Below, piece after piece: positions 26,744 through 41,097 of a stretch of 64,000 bases of DNA; position 1 is the first letter of the stretch; the number at the start of each line of letters is the position of its first letter. This DNA comes from Octopus sinensis (taxonomy: Eukaryota). The position numbers were made by a program, and so were the translations under genes. Under the pieces are notes generated by a model. It was not told the DNA's origin. It saw only the letters and a list, made by a program, of their open reading frames with translations, and did not search any database. The stretch is taken from contig NC_043009.1 of the NCBI RefSeq assembly GCF_006345805.1, positions 5,766,001-5,830,000 on the forward strand, read 5' to 3'.

Positions 26744-26959
26744 CTATATTATGTATATTACCTGGAAGAGAGGGAAGCGGTGTGTCCTTGAAGTGATCAA
26801 AATATCAACGATTCTAGCTTCGTGCCTGCCTGAGATGAGCTTTTAACCATACATATTTCCTAACAAATGTAATAATTATCGAAACAGATTTTTTAAAATA
26901 TTCACCCCTCACATGAACAAAAAAAAGAATTCCTGGGTTTTCTTTCTTTTCGGTTGTTT

Positions 26960-27089
26960 CTTTTATTCTTTTATTTTTTTTCAGTCATTTGACCGCGGCA
27001 TTGCTGGAGCACTGCTAAGTGACGGTGACGTAAACTAACCAACATCAGTTACCAAGCTATGCTGGGGGAACAAAGACAGACACACAAAT

Positions 27090-27134
<45 letters not shown>

Positions 27135-27297
27135 CGACGAGCTTCTTTCGGTTTCCGTCTATCAAATCCACTCTCAAGGCTTTGGTCGGCCCCAAGCTGT
27201 AGTAGAAGACACTAGCCCAAGGTGCCACGCAGTGTGACTGAAACCGGAACCATGTGGTTGGTAAGCAAGCTACTTACCACACAGCCACTCCTGCGCC
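26960..27297 (-). mobile_element. SINE family A, deletion in 3' half
   Basis: Homology to other family A copies. Confidence 0.88.
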
Positions 27298-29175
27298 TAT
27301 GTTTGGAAAATTATTTTTTTCTTTAAGATGGCATTTGGCAATTTTATTTCTAGATCAAATTTTTTCATTACTGAATTATTTCAGTATATCTTAATAATTG
27401 AATCGAACGAGTCGAAATTATTCCATTCGTTGTATTTCCTTGAACTACCGTATTCTGCGGCGCAAGAGACGCACAAACATATTGCACCCCAATATTAGCA
27501 TCGTCTATTCACGTGAAAAATATCGAGTACATTAAAGCTTATAGGAAGTACAATGTCGCAAATAGGACCAGGTGTGATCTTTGAGACTGTAGTTTTGAAA
27601 AAAAAAAGAGATTCCTATATGAAGCCAAATACATTATTTATTTTTCGCTTCTGGGGGAAATAACGATTGATATTACTTCGAATATTTTATAACCTTCTGT
27701 GGAGCGAAACAGCATTGATTTTGATTTTAAATTGAATGGATGCATTTATAGTTCGAAGAACGGTCACTCTTTTTTTTCTACCGTGGAATACTCTGATGTT
27801 ATATTTGCATAACACACTTAGTATTGGTCAGAGAAAGATATGCATCCAAATCGTCTGCAACCACATTCAAGTTAATGAATTCTCGGTTTTAAATCCGAAA
27901 TACTATCGACCGAATATGCAATCTCTGTTACAGAAGGAAAAAAAAAATTTCAAAAATGTTCTTTGCTTCCATTCAGACAAATATACACAGCGCCAAATCG
28001 ACTGAGCTTTTTAATCGCAAAGTTTTATATCGTAAACAAATTTTCCTCTGAAAACCAAAACTTCGTTTAACTTAAATATTCATTTCCATCCATATTTACT
28101 TTTGGTTTTAGTTTTCAATTATAAAGTGTTTACTTTTTATAACTATATCAACCGTTTTGTTGTTGAATATTTTATTATAAATAAACAAATTTAACTTGGC
28201 AGTTATAAATGTATATTACTTTTTGGAGACGGGCGTGAAATTAAATAACTGCCAATGTAATAAATATTATATTTATTGCTTTAAAATAGTAACACATTGC
28301 ATTTTCTTTTCGACGAGTCTATATGTCATGTTTACTATAAAAGTTGCGAAGCAAAGTTTTATAGATTATATTAAACACAAACACGTACACATGTATACAT
28401 ACATGCAACATACGCATAAATATACATAAATACACACAATCATTGACGTATACAGACACAAATATACAAGGACGAATAATTATTATAACTGACATCCATA
28501 TTTCAGAGTTAAGAATAGTAACAGAACTTACACAAACAATAATATAAAAAGCGACAATATAATAATCATTAGCATCGAATGTGATATTGGTGTCTAACAA
28601 AGTTTCAACAGTATTTTTTGTTTTCGAAAGGAAGGATGTATTCGATTAAAATCACAACAAATATTACTTGAAATTAGTTACACATTTATGAATTTATTTA
28701 ATGAAAATTCAATATTTTATTGACTTTAAAATATAAGATCAATTTTCATATAAAAATTTATTTACAGTGTTTAATATATAAAAGTTTAAACTTATATGGA
28801 TTTTAACATTTCATCATATAGCTTCAGTGAACGTTAGATTTGCTCTTATCGAATTTCCAACGTGATTTATCTAATTCTCAAAAAAAAAAAAAAAGAGAGA
28901 GTGAAAAGAGAGAAGAATATGAGGCGAATACACAACAGCATGGGCACACGCATACGTTTTACTTTCCGATATAAATTTCAACAATCTTCTGATAGAAGAT
29001 ATCTTTTGTCTATTGCTTTTCCACTGCACAACATTGCATCAATTGAAATCGTAAGATATATATATATATTTTACATTATTGTATACAATAACAGTTATTA
29101 ATGTATTACTGCACCCCTGATAATAGCACATATCGTAGGTATTGTTTGAAATTTGTTTTCTCAATCTTTACACAG

Positions 29176-29217
29176 AATATAAATTCCAAATATGGGCAAG
29201 ACATATATCTAGAATCG
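29176..29217 (+). CDS. Candidate 42-nt exon, (E)YKFQIWARHISRI(G) in the phase 1-1 frame
   Basis: tttacacag| acceptor and ATCG|gtatgt donor; loose resemblance to an FN3 F-strand only. Confidence 0.15.
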
Positions 29218-29345
29218 GTATGTGCAATGTCGGATTGCAGCATGCGATATCAAATTTTACACCGACAAGACAAATATCTTTAGTTGAACTATATATATAT
29301 ATATATATAATAAATTTTACACCGACGAGACAAATATCTTAGTTG

Positions 29346-29426
<81 letters not shown>

Positions 29427-29471
29427 AATACCAGCGATTATAATTATTTTTATTTTATCGCAATTTGATTT

Positions 29472-29509
<38 letters not shown>

Positions 29510-30372
29510 TTTTACTCTTTTACTTGTCTTTGTCATTTGACAGGGGCCATGCTGGAGCACCGCCTTAATCGAGCAGATCGACACCAGGACTTATTCTTTG
29601 GAAGCCTAGTAATATTCTATCGTTCTTTTTTGCCGAACCGCTAAGTTACGGGGACGTAAACACAGCATCGGTTGTCAAGCGATGCTGGGGGGACAAACAC
29701 AGACACACATACATATGCACACACACACGCAAACCTTTATACATATATACCAGTGGCTTCTTTCGGTTTCCGTCTACCAAATTCACTCACATAACATTGG
29801 TCGGCCCGAAGCTATAGTAGGAGACACTTGCCCAAGGTCCACGCAGTGGGAATAAACCCAGATCAATGTGGTTGGTAAGCAATCTACTTACCACACAGCC
29901 ACTCCTGCACCTATATATATATATATATAATATATATATATATAATATATATATATATTATATATATATATATAATATATATATATATTTTACTTTCTCT
30001 TTACTCTTTTACTTGTTTCAGTCATTTGACTGCGACCATGATGGAGCACCGCCTTTAATCGAGCAACTCGACCCCGGGACTTATTCTTTTGTAAGCCTAG
30101 TACTTATTCTATCGGGTCTTTTGCCGAACCGCTAAGTAACGGGGACATAAATACACCAGCATCGGTTGTCAAGCAATGCTAGGGGGACAAACACAGACAC
30201 ACAAGCACACACACGAATATATACATACATATATACGACGGGCTTCTTTCAGTTTCCGTCTACCAAATCCACTCACAAGGCTTTGGTCGGCCCGAGGCTA
30301 TAGTAGAAGACACTTGCTGAAGGTGCCACGCAGTGGGACTGAACCCGGAACCATCTGGTTGGTAAAGAAGCT
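29510..30372 (-). mobile_element. Two tandem SINE A copies (29510-29911, 29995-30372) separated by (AT)n
   Basis: Homology to other family A copies. Confidence 0.9.
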
Positions 30373-30493
30373 ACCTTATTTCATAACATTTGCCATAAAA
30401 GCAGTACATAGAGTACATAGGTACTCCTGTACCTATATATATATAAATGCAGTACATAGAGTACATAGGTACTCCTGTACCTATATATATATA

Positions 30494-31622
30494 GGCTGTT
30501 TTGTCAGATTTTTCTAGTTAACTAAATAATTTGAAACTTCGTATACTGGTAGAGTGTCTCAAAAGAAAACACTAGTTTCAACTTATTTATTTGAGAAAAA
30601 TGTATTTTATAACTTTAAGGGTAGATTAAATCTGCGAATTTTAACCAATCGTATTTTTCGTTTTCATTTGAAATAATTAACTGCATTATCTTAGTGTGAC
30701 GTAGAAAGCTATTTTGTGACGTAGACAGCTGTGCGTAGGTCTGTGTTTTGTGTGCGTGTGTGTGTGTGTTTGATGGGGAGTGGGAGACAGAAAGTATGTT
30801 GTGTAAGTGAAGTACTACTGTTAGTGTGTGTGAAGAGACAGAGAGAGTAATGTGTGAAAGAGAGAGATAACTGAAATTTTTTACTCGGTGTATGTGTATA
30901 TGTATGTATGCATGTATGTGTGTGTGTGTATGTATCTATGTATGTGTGTGTGTATGTATGTGTGTGTATGTATGTGTGTGTGTGTCTATGTATGTATGGC
31001 CGATTCAGTGTTTACATTATTTCGAGTTAAAACGAAAGATTACCAAAAAAAATTTTGTCTATATCTTCGATCACTGTCATTATTCCATTGAGTCAACCTC
31101 ATTATTTTCTACATAGCAAAGGTAATCTTTCGTTTTAACTCGAAATAATGTAAACACTGAATCGGCCATACATACATATACACACATACATATACACACA
31201 CGAAAGATTGCCAAAGATAAAAAGTTACAGAAATAAAAGTTACACGAAAAAAGTAAAGAATAAAAATCACAAAAAATATACGAAAATTTACAAAAACTAA
31301 GTTAGTTAAACAATATATAAGTTTAATATATAAGTTAGTTAATAATATATTTTAAAAATGTGAATAGAAACTGCAGGAATACGGGAACCGGGTCTTTACA
31401 TTTCACGTATGTTAAATACGTCTATTGAGACGGAGTAAATAATATGAAGCCGAAAGACCGAATACCATTGGTTAAAATTCTAATTATTAAACAACGTTAA
31501 ACTTTTAAATTACAATTCCGTTTTCATTCTGGTTTACAATTATGTTTTCTTTTGACACATTCTACCAGTATACGAAGTTTCAAATTGTTTGGTTAAGTAG
31601 GAAAAATCTGAATAAACAGGCC
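30494..31622. mobile_element. ~1.13-kb non-autonomous TIR (foldback-like) DNA element
   Basis: Outer TIRs 30494-30571 and 31542-31622 share an identical 26-bp core (aatttgaaacttcgtatactggtaga). Second IR pair near 30635/31475; perfect central IR. Confidence 0.75.
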
Positions 31623-31656
31623 TTGGAAATGAAAAGATCCTATATATGTATTTTAC

Positions 31657-31721
<65 letters not shown>

Positions 31722-34231
31722 CCATATAATGTGTGTGAGTGTATGTCTATGCACATATGTTTGTGTTTTTGTATGTGTGTGTACGTGTGTATATACCATG
31801 TGATCTCTCGTTCAGTGACATTCTCCGACACCATGGTTGAGTGACCCTAGCAATAGCCAGACACCGGTTGATGTCTTGTGAGTGACCTTCGCATACTGAA
31901 GCTGTCTGGAGGCATGGTGTTCTTATAATACATCAACGCTAAATACGAATTAAGATCTGTTGTTTGTTATTCATCTTATTTACTATGAAGATATCAATAT
32001 TTTATAGAAATCTTTGGTTTGTATCTTTGGTTTTTATTCTTTCTATGTGTGTCAAGTCTATTACAACTATTCCCCATTTCTTCTTCAAGTATGTATTATT
32101 CACAATATCATTCTTTATTCTTTACCACACCAATTCATTTTCATACCACTGGACCATGACAATAACCTTCCGACAGTTAAACCTGCGTCAAACTTTACGT
32201 CTATTTCACTTTTTCTTTTTTCCCCGTCTATTTAAACGTCAACTTTTCTAGTACTTTCTAGTTTAGACTCTCCCTTAACGCCCCACCTTTATTTTCTTCA
32301 CATACTCTGACCATCTCATCCACACCCTAACAATTTCAATTTTCTAGTCAACTAACACAATAGCTCATTTTATTACTGTTATGTCGCACGTTCGGGTGCC
32401 TTCTGCTCAACTCTGCTCCCCTACTCTCTGCTAACAAACTGTTCTCTAGTCTCTTGACGTCTAGGCTTCTCTATATCTACGTATTGGGCTAGCCTACTTC
32501 ATAGTCTCGGGGTGCCCACACAACAATTACCCTCACGACTTCTGCTTTAACAGCTAATATTCCTCACCTTAACTTCTAACAGGTCTCTGTAGTTCTAATA
32601 GTTCCGTTTTCGATTTCTTTTCCTTTTTTGTTATCTCGATCTCCAACCCACACTTTCTTCTCTTTTTTTTTTTCCTTTTTCACTCATCGTTTTTCACTCT
32701 ATCCTCCTCTCTGCCGTAACAACACCTGTTTCTTGTACTTCCATTCATACTTCACTTTGACCATCTCAAATCAATTTCTCGCCTTTCACACACCTTTCTA
32801 TATTTTGAGCAATATTGAATAACATTTGTTTTACAATATATTAATTTAAAAACGCGAAGAGAGGAAGAGTATAGTCCTGAAAGTACCATCACCCGGATGA
32901 GATTAATCCTTCAGTTTACCATATATCACTGAGAACAACAACTTAAATTGTGTATTTTGCAGCCTGTAAACTGGTTTATACATACATAAATACATGTGCG
33001 AGCTTGTGTGTGTGTGTGTCAATGTATATGTATATGGATACTTGCGCGACTCTCCCCCGTACAGACACATATTTGTATACACGTATCCGTAAGATTGTAA
33101 TAATTAGTGAGTAAAAAGCGAACACTCATCCAGATATTTAGTCATCACTCACGTGCGAAAATACAGTATGCAAACGGCAGCTAAGCAACTAATACGTATA
33201 ATGATAGTAATGGCGATGAAAATACAAGCACGATACAAACAGTAATTTGTATAATTCTAGAAAGAGAAATAGATGGAAATCAAAGAGGTTTTGATGATGA
33301 AAATAGCGACAGAGCCACAAGTCCAAAGTAGAAGGTCACTTGAACATAAAAGAACACTTGACCAAAATGTAAACGAAATAATTTATATATTAATCTGACA
33401 TGCAAATACCATTAATGTTGTAAATGACTTTCTTGCTTTAATCTCCTCTCATTTTCCACTGAAATACCAGCGTCATAAAAATCTTCAAACAAAATTGTAT
33501 TAAATTTAGCAATACTGATTGCGCAAACTTGGCAAGTTCCATCAGAAGTTGCAATGTAAAGTACTCCGTGGTAACATTAAGTTCAATCTGCGCCTACCTG
33601 TAACTGTGCCAATCAGTAAAATGCCTCGGTTGGAGGTAATTGCATGAAGAAATCATTAGTAATGAGAATTAAGTTATATTTATGTCACGGTTCTTGACCC
33701 ATATCTGATAGTAGTTGTCGAAGTATATAATTTCAAAGGTTATGTCTGTCTGTAGCGCCACTGCTTTACAAGAACTTTGCATGTACTTTGTCTAAATATA
33801 TTTGTCTAATGAACCAAAAAGAAAAAGAAAGAAAAACAGAAGAAAAAGAGAAAGAAAATTACTTTCTCCTGTTTTCATCAATTTTTTAATCGATCTCTTT
33901 CGTAATATTGAAGAAAATTCAAATAGAACCGACTCAGTCAGTCGTGACAATGTTGAAAATTTGTTGACTCTGTAGGCAACCTGCAATAACTTTGAACTAA
34001 ATTTCATATATTGTATATTCATGTGTATATAACTTATTTTATACTTCCTTAATCAATCAATTTTTTTTATTACACACAATCATTTTCCCATTTTTGTGTC
34101 ATTTCGACACTCGTTAGCACCAAATATTTACGTATATTTTATAATTTATAGTTTATCTTCTCTCAGTGCTATAATTAACATTCCTACTGGGCGCCCTCAT
34201 TTTCACTACATAAATACATATATATACATAT

Positions 34232-34352
<121 letters not shown>

Positions 34353-35970
34353 TACATAGATATCAACACATACACATATGCACCACACACATGCACACGC
34401 ACATATATATCTATCAGTCTCTCTCCCTCCATATACAAATATTCTTTTAAAAAAACATTTCTTTTAATTTTCCTAAATTAAATTGTTTAATTGTTACAGT
34501 TGGAAAAGTCTAAATGACTGAAACCGGTACTGAAATAATTTCTATAAAATCATTTTAGCTTTTTCTATCTTGACTTTTTTTCCTATATATATATATTGTG
34601 TGTGTGTTTATGAATGTTTATAAATGTATTTATGCGTTAAATATACATCACCCTTACTATAGTTTCAAAGGATGTGGAGAACAGTCAAATTCAGTTAATA
34701 TGTAACTTCTTTTGAATATGTATACGCTTTACTACATCTTTCATCCTTGGTCACATTCTTCTATGTCATTCCTCTTTCTCAGAATATCAAATAATTTAAA
34801 ACTTTGATTTCTCCCGACTAGTGACTATCTTCCCATGCCCGAACAGCAGAAATTTAGATCTATTTTTCATTTCCCAAAAGGAATGTTAAGCGACTTATTG
34901 TAGGTTTTACATCATCTGTTAGATGGGCTAATTATTGTATAATTGAGACAATTTGCCCCTCTTCTTATGGTAGTTTGTACGACTTCGACTGAGATTGCTG
35001 ATTTGAACTTCATTCTCTGTACAAATCATCAGGGATTTACCTCTAACCATTTATCAAAGAACACTACCTATGTGCAAAACATGATACCTCTGACCATTTT
35101 TCCTTTACATCGGTCACATAAACGCAGCTCATTAAGTCACATAACCTCAATTTGAGAGAAATTATCATTCATCAACAGCAATATGAGATAACCATTGAAT
35201 AAAACGTGTTTGGTTATGGAACTCACAAGAATAGGAACAGTTTTCGTAAATTGAAAGTAAGACCTTTGAAAACTTAGCAATAATTTCTGAACTTATTTAT
35301 GGATATTATTCTCATCATCAATGCCTTTTCGTCTATTTTATATGAACCTCTGAAAAGAATGGTAGGACACAATTATTTCTTACTTCTTTGACCGATCACC
35401 TCCACATGCAACATTTGCAAAAACTCATATATTTATTGCTTTCAACCAATATGCAACATATAAAGATATTCGCTTAAGAAATATGTAGAGGATTTCGTGA
35501 CTGTCAGGATAAAGACCATCTACCTACGTTACTAAGTATTACTAGGATATTGCTGTTACTTATTCACTGCCTTCGCGTTGCATTAAATACACATAATTTT
35601 AATGTATGATTTACATTAAAGTAAATATTACTAACACGTGATGACATACCTGCTGAACGTAAATAGTGTCAAATGTTGCAAATCATATCTCAAAGTAGTA
35701 ACTTTATTATTCAGAATTTCTTATCGGTGTGCAACATTTCCCAAGTTCTGATCATACTTTAATTAATTAAAAGAATTTTATAAACTAAGCAACAGACTAC
35801 AATCGTTATGCAATATGAATTCCACACTGGGTTTCTTATATTGTTGTCCTTTAGTTATTTTCTCGATCACATCAGTGTTCGTTTCCATTGTTAAAAACAA
35901 CGAGTATTTCAACATTGCACAGACAAATTTTCATTACCTGAATACTCACACCAGCACGCAACTATATATA

Positions 35971-36031
<61 letters not shown>

Positions 36032-36064
36032 TAGATAGATAGATAGATGGATAGATAGAGAGAG

Positions 36065-36124
<60 letters not shown>

Positions 36125-36156
36125 GGATAGATAGAGAGAGATAGAGAGAGATAGAT

Positions 36157-36189
<33 letters not shown>

Positions 36190-36194
36190 TATAT

Positions 36195-36331
36195 ATAAGA
36201 TTAATCAGCCGAAATTACGAAGATGATCCGGTTCTTGACTAAGGATCAAACGTCCTTGTTTTTTGTATCGTCTATCTGTATGTTTTCTTGTCACCTAGTG
36301 TCCGAATGTTTTGCATTCTTGTCCCATTTTG

Positions 36332-36335
<4 letters not shown>
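36195..36335 (+). repeat. Dispersed repeat family E, copy 2
   Basis: Matches 41745-41910 (agattaatca.ccgaaatt..cttgtcccattttgtatt); followed by (AT)n. Confidence 0.75.
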
Positions 36336-36395
<60 letters not shown>

Positions 36396-36528
36396 ACACA
36401 TAAAGAAAGCTCATTTAATATCTATGATTTTCGACGTTGTTCTGAATATGTATACTAAGAAATGACGTTGAAGATGCGCTTGCAATCCTTAAGCAGATTT
36501 ATCTTGAAGAAAATTAATTGTTTTTCAG

Positions 36529-36624
36529 AATTATTTGACATTCGAAATTAGCGCGAAGTACAAGGACACAGAACTATACATCTCTGTGCAAGTCAGAAAC
36601 TTCGGCTTCTTCGTTGAAGAAAAT
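36529..36624 (+). CDS. Candidate 96-nt phase 0-0 exon, NYLTFEISAKYKDTELYISVQVRNFGFFVEEN
   Basis: tgtttttcag| acceptor, AAT|gtaact donor (weak), open frame with beta-strand-like patterning. No family recognised. Confidence 0.25.
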
Positions 36625-37844
36625 GTAACTAAAATAACTATCATTTCAAATACAACATTATTTATTGAAGAATAAGAGTTCAGTCATAAGATTATCAAAT
36701 TTTCATGATGCTTCTATGAACATTGTACTAAACATTTTCAGAGGAAAATTTATGTACCTTTTGTTATCACTATGCATACATATATATATATACATATATA
36801 TATATAAATACACACACAAACACACACACACACACTTACACACACATATATATATATGTATATATATATGTATATATATGTGTATATATATATATATACA
36901 TATATATATGCGTGTATGTCCGTGTGCGTGCGCACGTGTGTGCGTGTGTGCGTATGTTTGCATTTCGATACATGTATTTGTATATATATGAATGAATTTT
37001 AGTACGTCTCTGTGCGTATATATTCAAATACACAAAATGTATGATCAAGAAAGGAATTTGTTATTTTTATTTATATATTTATATATTGATAGAATATAAT
37101 GTAATAAAATGTCAGATGTATGTACGTTTGTGCATTAATTAAATGCATGCGAGTATATATACATATATATATATATATATATACACGCATACACACACAT
37201 ACATATATATATGTATATAGGTATATATATATATATATGTATATATAATCTATATATATACATATATATATATGAATATATATGTATATGTATAATATAT
37301 ATATATTATCTATCTATCTATCTATCTATATATATAATATTATATATATATAGATATATATATATATATATGTATAATATATATAATATATATATCATAT
37401 ATAATATATTATATATATAATATAACATATATATATATGAATATAAGTGTAGGTAGGTATATGTATTTAAGTATGTGCGTAGTATATGTATGAATGTAGA
37501 GTTCAGTCTGTGCGGGCTTGCATATCAGTGAACAGAATAATGTTGGATTGTGAAGCTGTGACTCACGCTGTCTGTAATTGTATTTATTTTAATTTACCTA
37601 AATACTTTTATGTGCACAAAAAAAATATTAATATGTTTAAGTCAAGCTAATTTAAATTTACTTGATCTATAATATTTCTTTTGACTTTTTCGACTTTTTC
37701 CACTTTTGATGCTGTGCAGCATACGCAAATACATTGCTATCTAGATATATGCATACGTACAGACACAGGTATATATATATATATAATATATATAGATTAA
37801 TATATAGATATATATATATATATTATAATATATATATCATACAC

Positions 37845-37896
<52 letters not shown>

Positions 37897-37937
37897 GATA
37901 TATATATATATAAAATATATATGATTATATATATATG

Positions 37938-37983
<46 letters not shown>

Positions 37984-38125
37984 GAATATATTATATATGT
38001 ATAAACAATAAGATATTCCCCTACCTATCTACATATTACCCACAGATATACATGTTGATATATATATATATACATATATACATACATACATATATATAAA
38101 TATACATATTTCTATTAATACAAAA

Positions 38126-38163
<38 letters not shown>

Positions 38164-38947
38164 TCATGTATTTGTATGTATGTATATAACCAACCTACAT
38201 TTCAAAATCACGATTCTAGTTTGCCATCTTACCATGTTTGTGATATGGTTAATATTTACATCGACTACATTTAGAGATGAATTTTACTCCATTTTATTTT
38301 ATTATATCTATTCATTTATTTCTCTGTACAATGATATTTCTTTCAGTTTGTTAGGATTTCATCTCAGAATTTTTATTTTTTATTTTTGTTATTTTTTTCT
38401 TACTTCTATATATTAAATCATAACATATAGATTAATATATCTTAAACAGTGTATCCAACTCTATATTTAATAGCAGAGCAACATGAAAGAAATGTAAACC
38501 TAGTACTGGCTGACAATAAATGGAAATATAACTTCATAGATTTAAGCATTTCAAAGTATTTGATATTCATAACAAAAAGAAAAAGTTATATAATTGTAAT
38601 TCTTAACGTCGTATTAAACAATATTTTTATTGTTTATGACACTCTGAAATATCAAACGGATAATGAATTATTTCAAGTTGTTATAAAATAAATGTGGATG
38701 TTGTTTACAACGATTAGAGATTATTGGCAGAATATATACACCTACAGAATATCTATAAACCTATTAAGAAATACCGTCGAAGAAATATATACGCATATAT
38801 ATATATATAGTCGAAGGGAGGCGAATACTTTCTTACACTCGCATACGTATATGTCTCAGCAAAAGTGTCTATACAACCCTTGTATCCCTACAGATATCTT
38901 GAAACACATATAAGTGTAAGTGTGCGTATACATGCTTACATGTACGA

Positions 38948-38992
<45 letters not shown>

Positions 38993-40011
38993 GTATGTAT
39001 ATATATATATATTACATATATGTATGTGTGCATGTGCAATACACACACACACACAAATATATATATATGTTTCTATATATAAGATCATATATACATGCAT
39101 ACATGTTTATAAATATACATATATATACATATATATTTATTTGTTTATATACATTTATATGTTATATGTATATATATAAACATATATATATGTTTTTATA
39201 TATGCATATATATATATAAATATGCATATATACAAACATGTATGTATGTTTATATATATACATATAACATATACATGCATATATACACACATAAATGACG
39301 AGGAAGGGAGAGAGTACAGGCAGCTGGTGTGAGCGACGGAGAATTACATATTTCTCATTGCGAAAAGTTTAACTGTTATTAATAAATATATACGTGCGTG
39401 TTTCAATTATGTTATCTTTTTTTCTGTATGATTTTTTTTTTTCTAAATTTATATAATGTGAAATATATATTTGAGGTAAATGCGAGACAGAATTTGGTAA
39501 GAATATAAACATATATGGCCAGACATTTCCCATACGTTATAATTTCTATTTTCAACAAGTTCTATATTAAATTTTGAAAAAAAATTCTTTGTTTACAAGA
39601 TATGTCCACGGAAAGTTTAAGAATTAAGACAAGATTTCCAAATATATGTTGTGGAATTCTACTGGAATATATGTTGATGTTAATATAACTGGTGTAAATA
39701 ACCTTGTAAATAAGCGACAATTTGTTTATCATTTTCAAAAGCTCTCTTTAGTGTAAATAGATATTCTGACCATTAAAAACTTACTCATCAATAAATGACA
39801 TCTTTTACGCTATTGTTTTCTGATTTAAACATGTTTATTTGATATTTCTCTTATGCATTGATCATACGTCTCGCTTCATATTAAACAGCTTGAAGGCAAC
39901 ATATGCTTAGATATTTTCGATAGAACCTGATCACCTACGTGCCTTGTTGATAAGAATATTCCAGATCTCTCAGTGTGCAAGTATCATATCTGTGCGAAAT
40001 ATGAATATAGG

Positions 40012-40400
40012 CGCTGGAATAGCGTGGTTAACAAATTTGTTTGGGAAGTACGTCATTTTGAGTTCAATTCTACTGTATGTTATCCTTCGACAAGTGCTTC
40101 ATCCTTTCCTATAGCACTGGTCTAACCAATGCTTCTCAGAAAATTTGGCAGACGGATACTGTATGGAAGCTCTTCGCATATATATATATATTTATATATC
40201 TGTGAGTGTGTGTATTTATATAAACATATATGTTTATGTATATATGTATTTGTCTTTCTATTTGTTCATCTACGTCTTGCAGGTTTGTTTACGTCCTTGT
40301 TATCCCGCAGTTCAGCAAAAGAGAGGGACCACTAACTACTAGAGTTGAGAAAAGAAGTACGGAGGTTGAGCTGTTCGACCAAAACACGCTTCCAGGCAGT
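40012..40400 (+). mobile_element. SINE family A, old degenerate copy
   Basis: Decayed head (ggcgctggaatagcgtggttaac..gagttcaattctactg), ccttcgacaagtgctt and tail remnants. Confidence 0.55.
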
Positions 40401-40619
40401 GACCTGACCCAGCAAGACAGCAATCCAACAGCTTACGCATGCGCTAGATAAAATTTCTCAGTGCTTCCATATGTAATGACCCTAAATCACCTCATGCCCT
40501 CGAAGCATCATATTTTTATTGTGCACTACAATTTAGTGACGTATGTATTTCTGCATTTCGGCTGAAAAATTGCAAGCAAGTCACCCTAATTATTTATAAT
40601 TTACACATTTACTGTTTAG

Positions 40620-40691
40620 GAAATCAGCGTATGATCTCTACAGTAATCTTATATACTGACAAAGCGAGTCCCATTCAAGCCAAGGCACTAG
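40620..40691 (+). CDS. Candidate 72-nt phase 1-1 exon, (G)NQRMISTVILYTDKASPIQAKAL
   Basis: tttactgtttag| acceptor and CTAG|gtgaga donor, only one frame open. May instead be part of the repeat that carries the adjacent HHR. Confidence 0.2.
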
Positions 40692-40696
40692 GTGAG

Positions 40697-40745
40697 AGTG
40701 ACTGAAGAGCATTAATATAAATGCGAAATCACTGTGATCCGGCTA
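40697..40745 (+). ncRNA. Hammerhead ribozyme motif with canonical core, imperfect stem I
   Basis: CUGAAGA (40702-40708); stem II GCAUU-AAUAUA-AAUGC; GAAA (40725-40728); palindromic stem III AUCAC-U-GUGAU; AUC triplet with predicted cleavage after C40739. Confidence 0.8.
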
Positions 40746-40912
40746 TGACTAGGCGCTGCAAATAAGGTGTTCCATTTGGTTATGAGTTATTTTAACTCTA
40801 TCTGCATTACTCGTGCAGACTATTGCTCTCAGTCACTTTAGTGACGTATCTATTTCTTCCTTTCGGTTATAGAATTGCAATAAGCTCCCCTTATATGTAT
40901 ATATATATATAT

Positions 40913-40955
<43 letters not shown>

Positions 40956-41052
40956 GTATGTATGTATATATGAGGAGATTCGTTATAGGAATAAGAATAT
41001 ACCATAAACATGTACAAAAAACAGGAGAAGAGTTGTTGATAACATATATATA

Positions 41053-41097
<45 letters not shown>

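Noticed and set aside
31790-31930. GC-richer island, possibly a LINE relic (similar islands at 56540-56960 and 59980-60150)
   Set aside because: No motif could be translated or matched within the window, so no call is supportable.
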